Shown here one piece after another: positions 40,657 through 50,218 of a stretch of DNA of 64,000 nucleotides. Made by a program: the position numbers and the translations under genes. The DNA is taken from contig NC_043014.1 of NCBI RefSeq assembly GCF_006345805.1, positions 40,052,001-40,116,000 on the forward strand. Direction: 5' to 3'. Under the pieces are notes generated by a model. It ran no database searches, was not told the origin of the DNA, and saw nothing but the letters and a program-made list of their open reading frames with translations. Numbering within the stretch: position 1 is the stretch's first letter; every line of letters starts with the position of its first letter. The DNA is from Octopus sinensis. Lineage: Eukaryota.

Positions 40657-43600
40657 ATATATATATAGGGATAGTTTACGAAAAATAACAAAAGACGAAG
40701 ACAGGTGGTGTACAAAACAAACAGATGTATTAGTATATATCAATGTTATGAATAGAAAAAGTATTTTACGTTTCGAGCCTACGCTCTTCTACAGAAAGGG
40801 ACACAGAAAAAACAAGGAGAGAAAAAAAAGGAGAGAAAAAATGTGGAGAGAAATAATTAATTTTTTCTGCAAAGAAATCATGATTGCTCAATAATGCCAT
40901 GCAAGCCAACACATTTAATCATATCTATCTACTATTAATTAATTTGTGTTTTGAGTTAAGTCATGCTGAAGATTCCAAAGGCAGATGAAATAGTGCTAGA
41001 CACAGCTACCAATGACTAAAAACTTTTAAGAACTTTATTTTATGAAAAATGAGAAAAAAAAATTTTTTTTAATTAAAAATTGAATATCCATCTTCTTCAG
41101 GTTAATTTAACCAAGAAGTGATTATCTCCCCTTTAATTATAAATTCACCAGAAGCATTAGTATGACTATTTGGAAATATTAAAATACTTTTATGACATCA
41201 AGATGGAAATAGCAATTTTCATTGATTAGTTCTAATAGCTCAAATATTTCTGTAAAAAAAAAAAAATCTACATAGGATTTTGTTTGTGTTTTAGGTTTAC
41301 CAAACACCTGTTTTTTGGATTGTTTTTGCTGCTATTCATTTTGTGACAACTCTAGTTCTGAGTGTACAGATTTACTACATGGGAAGATGGAAAATTGGTA
41401 AGCACAATATTTTCTTTATATCTATCAGTGTATTTTTTCTTGTTACTTTGTGAAATTTCGTGGTTGATATCAGTTGAAGAGAATGGAATGGGATTCAGTT
41501 GACTCAATCAATTATGTACTTGAAAACACTAAAAGACTCAGGTTGGTATTGTATACAATCCAAGCATTAATAAATTGCATAGTTCTTCTTTTTCTACACC
41601 ACATTCATAACATTGATCTTACTTATCTTCTCCTTTAATGCAAACCACACCTCATATTCTTTCTTATTTCTTGACTGACCACAAGGGGCTACACACAGAG
41701 GAGACAATCAAGGACAGACAAACGGATTAAGTTGACTATATCGACCCCAGTGCGTAACTGGTACTTACTTAATCGACCCTGAAAGGATGAAAGGCAAAGT
41801 CGACCTTGGCAGAATTTGAACTCAGAATGTAACAGCAGACAAAATACTGCTAAGCATTTCGCCCGGCATGCTAACGTTTTTGCCAGCTCGCTGCAAAGAA
41901 GTCTTTTTGTCAACTAACTTATAAATTAAAAATTTTTTTTTTTTTAAATATAATGAAATGTCTATTCTTCCAGTCTGTACTACGAAGAGAGAAAGAACAA
42001 TATTCTGTTTAGTATCAGTGAAAATTTGTGCATGTGCTGGCTAGGGGCTGGATGACATAAAAATATCTTTTTTAGCATATTTTTGATCTGGCAATAATAT
42101 TCCTAGAATATTGCTACAGTATTGCCAGCAAATCTGACAAAATGAAAGGAAATGTGTTTTATTTCTGAGTTTTTCTTTCCATTTTTTTTTACAGATCTTG
42201 GAATTTTTAATCGAATGAGACTAATGTTATGCAGTGATTTCATACAGTGTGCAAAGCCTATGTATAAGGTAAAGTCTGTTGTGCTGATACCGAGGTTACT
42301 GTGGTCTTTTCCGTAGGCTTTTCTTTCCACGGGTAAACCTCACCTGTCCTCCCCTTTACACTTTATATTGACATTTCTGTGATAACGATCCCTATTGATC
42401 GATTTTTTTCTTTTTCCTTTTATTTTCATTCCCCTCCCTTTTTTTTTCTTTCCTTTTACGATCCCTTTTGATCGAAAACCAAACCCCCTTTTTTTTATCC
42501 CCAAAAAGAAAAGCTCTACCTTGTAATTTGTCCTGTCTGTGTGCAGCTCTGTGTGGCTAATAAAGAAACATATATAACGGCTTCATCATTTTCGCACTAT
42601 ATATATATATATATCATCATCATCATCTGCTTTCCATGCTAGCATGGGTTGGACGATTTGACTGAGGGCTGGCGAACCAGATGGCTGCACCAGGCTCCAA
42701 TCTTGATCTGGCAGAGTTTCTACAGCTGGATGCCCTTCCTAATGCCAACCACTCCGAGAGTGTAGTGAGTGCTTTTACATGCCACCGGCACGGGGGCCGG
42801 TCAGGCGGTACTGGCAATGACCTCACTCAAATGCCTTTACACGTGCCACTGGCACAAGTGCCAGTAAGGCAACGCAGGTAACAATCACGCTCAAATGGTG
42901 CCTTTTATGTGCCACCGGCACGGAAGCCAGTTAGCTGCTCTGGCAACGATCATGCTCGGATGCTGCTCTTAGCACCCTAGTAGCACGAGGCACAAGTGCC
43001 AGTAAGGCAATGCTGGTAACGATCACCCTCGAATGGTGCCTTTTTTGTGCCACTGGCACGGAAAGCTGTCAACGATCACACTCATATGGTGCTCTATGCA
43101 CCCAGCTAGCACGGAGTCATCGAATTTGATTTCAATATATATATATATATATATATATTTTATAAGGACCATAAAATCCTTCTTAGGGTTCTCTTTTCCA
43201 CATTATGTTGTCATTATGCCATCACATCACATTGTGTTATTAATTGTTATTATCATATGTGAACGCGCAGGGCTGAGTGGTTAGAGTGTCAGACTTACAC
43301 TCATGAGGTAGTGAGTTCGATTCCCAGACCAGGCTGTGTTATGTTCTTGTGCAAGACACTTTATTTCACATAGTTCCAGTTCACTCAGCTGTAGAAACAA
43401 GTTGCGACATCAGTAAGGGTAAGTCAAAAGGTAAGCTACTATAAATCGGCACGAACTTTCCGGACAACCCAATATTTACTCCGATATAGTAAACAACGAA
43501 CAAAGCACTCACTGTTGTTGCCAATAACTACCTGAGATTTGATGAAGCAATGATAAATAAATTGATAATGATGATCATTGATATGACAATGTCAATGCTG

Positions 43601-46600
43601 GTTATGATGATTGTGATGATCATTATGATGACAGTCTGATGGTTATGACTGCAATACTTATAGTTATGACACAATGATGGTTAAGATGACACTGATGATT
43701 GTCATGATGATACTCTCTTCAGGAAAGATTTGTCTGCCTTATGTTATGGAAGATCAGACAAAAGGGCCCCAGATTTTTGCAATTCATAAAGCATTAGTTA
43801 TGGAAGATCAGACAAAAGGGCCCCAGATTTTTGCAATTCATAAAGGATTAGTTATGGAAGATCAGACAAAAGGGCCCCAGATTTTTGCAATTCATAAAGG
43901 ATTAGTTATGGAAGATCAGACAAAAGGGCCCCAGATTTTTGCAATTCATACAGGATTGGTTTTTTTTGCAATTCATAAAGGATTAGTTATGGAAGATCAG
44001 ACAAAAGGGCCCCAGATTTTTGCAATTCATACAGGATTGGTTTTTTTTGCAATTCATAAAGGATTAGTTATGGAAGATCAGACAAAAAGGCCCCAGGTTT
44101 TTGCAATTCATAAAGGATTAGTTATGGAAGATCAGACAAAAGGGCCCCAGATTTTTGCAATTCATAAAGGATTAGTTATGGAAGATCAGACAAAAAGGCC
44201 CCAGATTTTTGCAATTCATAAAGGATTAGTTATGGAAGATCAGACAAAAGAGCCCCAGATTTTTGCAATTCATAAAGGATTAGTTATGGAAGATCAGACA
44301 AAAAGGCCCCAGATTTTTGCAATTCATAAAGGATTAGTTATGGAAGATCAGACAAAAAGGCCCCAGATTTTTGCAATTCATAAAGGATTAGTTATGGAAG
44401 ATCAGACAAAAAGGCCCCAGATTTTTGCAATTCATAAAGGATTAGTTATGGAAGATCAGACAAAAAGGCCCCAGATTTTTGCAATTCATAAAGGATTAGT
44501 TATGGAAGATCAGACAAAAAGGCCCCAGATTTTTGCAATTCATAAAGGATTAGTTATGGAAGATCAGACAAAAGGGCCCCAGATTTTTGCAATTCATAAA
44601 AGGTTATTTTTTTTTTTTTTGCAATTTATAAAGGATTAGTTTTTTGTTTTGAGATGCAGCGCAGAATTTTGTCAGTGAACAGGTCGCAGTCTGAAAGTGA
44701 CAAAAATATTTTGGCAAATTAAATTTAAAAGTTGAAGTTAATCTAACGGTTTTTGTGTGCTTCTTAAATGGCTTGTAAGCACCTTCCATGCTGCAATTGT
44801 TTTTTGTTTTTGTTTTTTCAAGAAAACCCAATTTATTTTTGTCCTAATAAGATTATTATTTTTCTTTTCTTGTAGGATCGATTGATTCTCCTCATCATCA
44901 GTAACATCATGAATTGGACCTTGTAAGTACCCTCATTAGCATCTCCACATTTATCCATATATTCATTTGTATTCTACGTTTCTGTAGAATTATTAAAGAA
45001 CAGGAGTGGCTGTGTGGTAAGTAGCTTGCTTACCAACCACATGGTTCCGGGTTCAGTGTCTTCTACTATAGCCTTCGGCCGACTAAGGCCTTGTGAGTGG
45101 ATCTGGTAGATGGAAACTGAAAGAAGCCCGTCATATATATATGTATATGTATATATATATGTGTATTTGTATCTGTGTTTGTTCCCCCAACATCGCTTGA
45201 CAACTGATACTGGTGTGTTTATGTCCCTGTAACTTAGTGGTTTCGCAAAAGAGACCGATAGAATAAGTACTAGGCTTACAAAGAATAAGTCCTGGACTTG
45301 ATTTGCTTGACTAAATGCGGTGCTCCAGCATGACCGCAGTCAAATGACCGAAACAAGTAAAAGAGTAAAGAGAACAAATACCTTTTACTTGTTTTGCTCG
45401 TTTGACTGTGGCCATGCTGGGGCATCACCTTGAAAGGTTCTAGTCCAACAAATCGACCCCAGGATTTATTTTTTAAAGCCTAGAACTTATTTTATTGTTT
45501 TATTTTGCTGAACCACTAAGTTACAGGGATATAAACTCACCAACACCAATTGTCAAACGGTGGTGGGAGACAAACACTGACATAAAGACACACACAAATA
45601 GATATATACATATATATACATGACAGGCTTCTTTACAGTCACCAGCTGAATACTCTAACCACTAAGCCATGTGCCTTCACATCTCTGTAATAAGTTTAAT
45701 TTTACATTTACGTTTTGTTTATATAATGAAAGTCTATTTTCTTTTAAGACAAAGTCCATTAATATGTCTTCTATGAATTATAAAAATGAATTATAATATC
45801 ATATAAATGTAATTATAATAACATATAAATATAATAAAAATTATATTATAATAAATATAATTATAATAACATATAAATATAATAAAAATTATATTATAAT
45901 AAATATAATTATAATAACATATAAATATAATAAAAATTATATTATAATAATTATAGTATTTTTAGTATTTTAAAAATGTTAGAAAATCCATTGAGAATAA
46001 AGAAACATTTTTGTTTTAGATTCTCTATTTTCCATAATTCTTAAAAGTTAATTGAAATCATGTGAAATCACAGTTTTGATGCTGGCTTCTCAAAGTTTTT
46101 TTTTTTCTTTTTCTTTTATTTCTAGTGCTGTTTATGGAGCTGTTAAGAAACCAAGTGATTTCGCTAGTTATTTACTTGCAATATTCATTGGAAATCTTCT
46201 TTTCTATTTGTTTTTCTATTTAATTATGAAGGTAGGTTTTTATAAAGTGATTAGAACTTCTATTAGAATATGTTAAGTTTATGAAAATATATATATTTCT
46301 CTGTCCTCCTTGTGCTCAGAAGCTGTGAAAAGTAAAATTGTAATGTTATTATCAATCCAAACATGCTTGAGGCACATTCAAACCAGTGAACGAGTTACTC
46401 GCTGCGTTTCATCATGGAAAATATATCCCGTTTGTTGACAAATGGTGTGTCTACACCTATATCACAGTCTGGGTAGGTGATGCTGTGAGCTGATATAGGT
46501 GTATACACACCATTTGTCATCTATCTCATCTAGGTCATCCCATAGGATGCCCCAAGACTAAGGCACCATTTGAGTGTGATCGTTACCAGTCTCGCCTTAC

Positions 46601-49600
46601 TGGCACTTGTGCCCTTGCTAGTAAGGTGCCAAGAGCACCATCTGAGTGTGATCGTTGCCAGAGCAGCCAACTGGCTTCTGTGCCGCTGGCACCTGTGCTG
46701 GTGGCATGTGTAAAAAGATTCGAGCGAGGTCATTGCCAGTACTGCCTGACTGGCCCCTGTGCGGGTGGCACGTAAAAAGCACCTACTACTCTCTCGGAGT
46801 GGTTGGCGTTAGGAAGGGCATCCAGCTGTAGAAACTCTGCCAAATCAAGATTGGAGCCTGGTGCAGCCATCTGGATCACCAGCCCTCACTCAAAATCGTC
46901 CAACCCATGCTAGCATGTAAAGCGGACGTTAAACGATGATGATGATGATGATGATGATTTCCTTATTCATCTCAATCTACCATATGTCCGTTTTCCATGT
47001 GGGCATGGGTTGGACAGCTTGACAGGAAATGGTAAGGCTAGGGGCTGCACCAGGTTCCATAATCTGGCTTTGGTTTCTATGGCTGGATGCCTTTCCTAAT
47101 GTCAACCACTCAGAGCTTTTATGTGGCACCTTGGTTTTAGGATCTCCATTCTGTTGTGGTAGGCACCGCCAAGTTTAAGTATGTCTTTCATACCTTCAGG
47201 GTCAATAAATCAGTTATCAGTCCTTTCAAAATGGTCTTTTCTCTTTTATTTCAGCTTCGAAGTAAAGAAACTATAAAGGTGTGGACCCGATTCTACATTT
47301 TAATGACTGGAATTTTATGGGGTTTTGCACTCTACTTTTTCCTTAAACATCTTACTTCATGGCAGGTAAATAATTACTCTTCTTTTTTGTTTTATTTACT
47401 CTTTTACTTATTTCAGTCATTTGACTGTGGCCATGCTGGAGCACTGCCTTTAGTCGAGCAAATCGACCCCTGGACTTATTCTTTGTAAGCCTAGTACTTA
47501 TACTATTGGTCTCTTCTTGCTGAACCGCTAAGTTACGGGTATGTAAACATACCAGCATCGGTTGTTAAGCGATGTTGGGGCGACAAACATAGACACAAAC
47601 ATATTCACACATGCATACATATATACATATACATACATATATACAATGGGCTTCTTTCAGTTTCCATCTACCAAATCCACTCACAAGGCTTTGGTCGCCC
47701 CCAGGCTATAGTAGAAGACACTTGCCCAAGGTGCCATGCAGTGGGACTGAACTCGGGACCATGTGGTTGGTAAGCAAGCTACTTACCACACAGCCACTCC
47801 TACGCCTAATATGTAGGTAATTAAATGCAGTGTGGTATTTAATGGATTAGTGAGTGGCACTGGAGAACAGAAATGGCCATGAAATATCGTTAATTGTGAC
47901 CCTCTTTCACTGAGGTTATTTTGGGGCGATACTTTCTTAGGTAAAAAAAGTGTCTAATATATCGTCAAGAATCTTGCAAACCAGGAAACTGGAAAGTCTA
48001 ATCTTCGTAACACCTTACTTTGAAGAAATCATAAACAAATAGGCGTATGAGTGGCTGTGTGGTAAGTAGCTTGTTTGTCCCCCCTGTGTGTAGCTCCTTG
48101 TGGGCAGTAAAGAAATAGGTATTTCATCTGCCACTATGTTCTGAGTTCAAATTCCGCCACGGTCGACTTTACCTTTCATCCTTTCAGGGTCGATTAAATA
48201 AGTACCAGTTATGCACTGGGGTTGATATAATCAACTTAATTCGTTTGTCTGTCCTTGTTTGCCCCCTCTGTGTTTAGCCCCTTGTGGGCAGTAAAGAAAT
48301 AAGAAGTTTGCTTCCCAATCACATGGTCTTGAGTTCATCCCAATGCATAGCACTTTGGCTCAACCAAAGCCTTGAAGGTGGATTTGGTAGCCAGAAACTG
48401 AAAGAAGCGCATCACATGTATATGTATTTGTGTGTGTGTGTGTTTGTGTCCTCTTGCCATGGTATTATGCAACAGTTGTAAATTAACATGGCTCTTTTAC
48501 AAGTGGTGTATCTTGTTAGCAGCTTCCAGCTCCTTTAGAACCTTGACAATGGGCAATTTTCAGGAAGTGAGCTACCTCTTTATCACTATGCTTTGCATTT
48601 TAAGGCAATTGTTACAGTGTGCCTTTTCATCTAATGTCTGACGTTATTTATCTGAGAAGTTAGGTAAAATATATATATTTATGTGCCAGTGGCATGTAAA
48701 AAGCACCATATGAACGTGGTCGATGCCAGTGCCCCCTGATTGGCACATAAAAAGCACCCATTACACTCTCAGAGTGGTTAGCATTAGGAAGGGTATCCAG
48801 CAGTAGAAACCTTGCCAGATCAGACTGGAGCCTGGTGTAGCCTATTGCTGGATACCCTTCCTAATTTATCTGAGAAGTTAGGTAAAATAAATAAGTTTGA
48901 AGAAAGTCTTCAGTAGAGACATGCACAGCCATAGGGAAATATTACCTTACTTAAAAACAGGTGAGTGTTGATGACAGGAAGGGCGTCTAGCTATAGAAAA
49001 ATCTGCCTTAATAAATTCTATCTGTTTCATGCAAACATAGAAAGGTGATCATTAAACCGATGAGGAGGGTGATGTAATGGGTTGTCCGGAAAGTTCATGT
49101 CGATTTTTAAAGGAAAGAAAAAGGTCAATAAATACTTGCCATTACATTTTTAATCAACCAAATATGAACCATTTTGTTGCACAATACGCCTCCATCTTTT
49201 GTTTAACTTGAAAATATCCTCTTCCAAGAACTGAGGTGGTTTCATGGCAAAGAATTCATCAAGGTATCTTTTTATGTCATCCAAGGAATTGAAATTTTTA
49301 CCATTAAGACTATTCTGCAGAGATCTGAATAAGTGGAAATCCGAAGGAGCAATATCTGGTGAATATGGAGGGTGGGGTAACACATCCCAGCCGAGCTGCA
49401 GCAATTTTTGTCTGGTTCCCAAAGCAACAAGTGCCGAAAATGAACTTTCTTATCTTCCATTTTAAAGGATTACAGAATTAACGCAGAATTATAGGAACAT
49501 AAACCTTCTTCCACGAAAAGATAGCTTAACCCTTTCGTCACTGTATTTATTTTGAGATGCTTTGTGTTTCTTTCAATTCCTTTAAATATAACAAAGAATT

Positions 49601-50151
49601 TAGTAAACTAACTTAGTTATCATTAAGCTAGTGTTAGGAACATAAATTGTGACTAAGGTTTGGTGGAAGATTTTAATTCAGAACTTATGAAAACAAGACA
49701 TTTATACTAAAGAGCCAGAGCCGGTTTCAGCCGGGTTGGTAACGAAAGGGTTAAACTGTACTCTAAATGGAGATGTAGTCAAATCCTATTTTATGGACTC
49801 AACCATGTTCTAAAATAAGTCGAATGGTAAGCTACTATAAATCGGCATGAACTTTCTGGACAACCCAATATATTAGTCTGCATGTAACAAAGTTTACACA
49901 TTTTAAACTTGATCTAAAATATGTAAAATTTTTTATTCTATGTTTCTCTCTTGCAGTTATCTCCAGCCATGTCTCGTGATAAAAATAGAGAATGTATTCT
50001 ATTAGGGTTTTTTGATGACCATGACATCTGGCATTTCTTATCAGCTTCAAGCATGTTTTTCTCCTTTATGGTAAGTATGCCTGAAAGAAGAGCAAATTTA
50101 TATATTATTGGGAAATGAAAAAAAGCCTGTTGTATGTGTGTGTGTTATATA

Positions 50152-50218
<67 letters not shown>

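Noticed and set aside
43674-44639. 321-aa repeat protein, or a CRISPR-like array
   Set aside because: Contiguous 54-bp tandem units with no unique spacers, eukaryotic intron, no cas genes; the open frame follows from a unit length divisible by 3.
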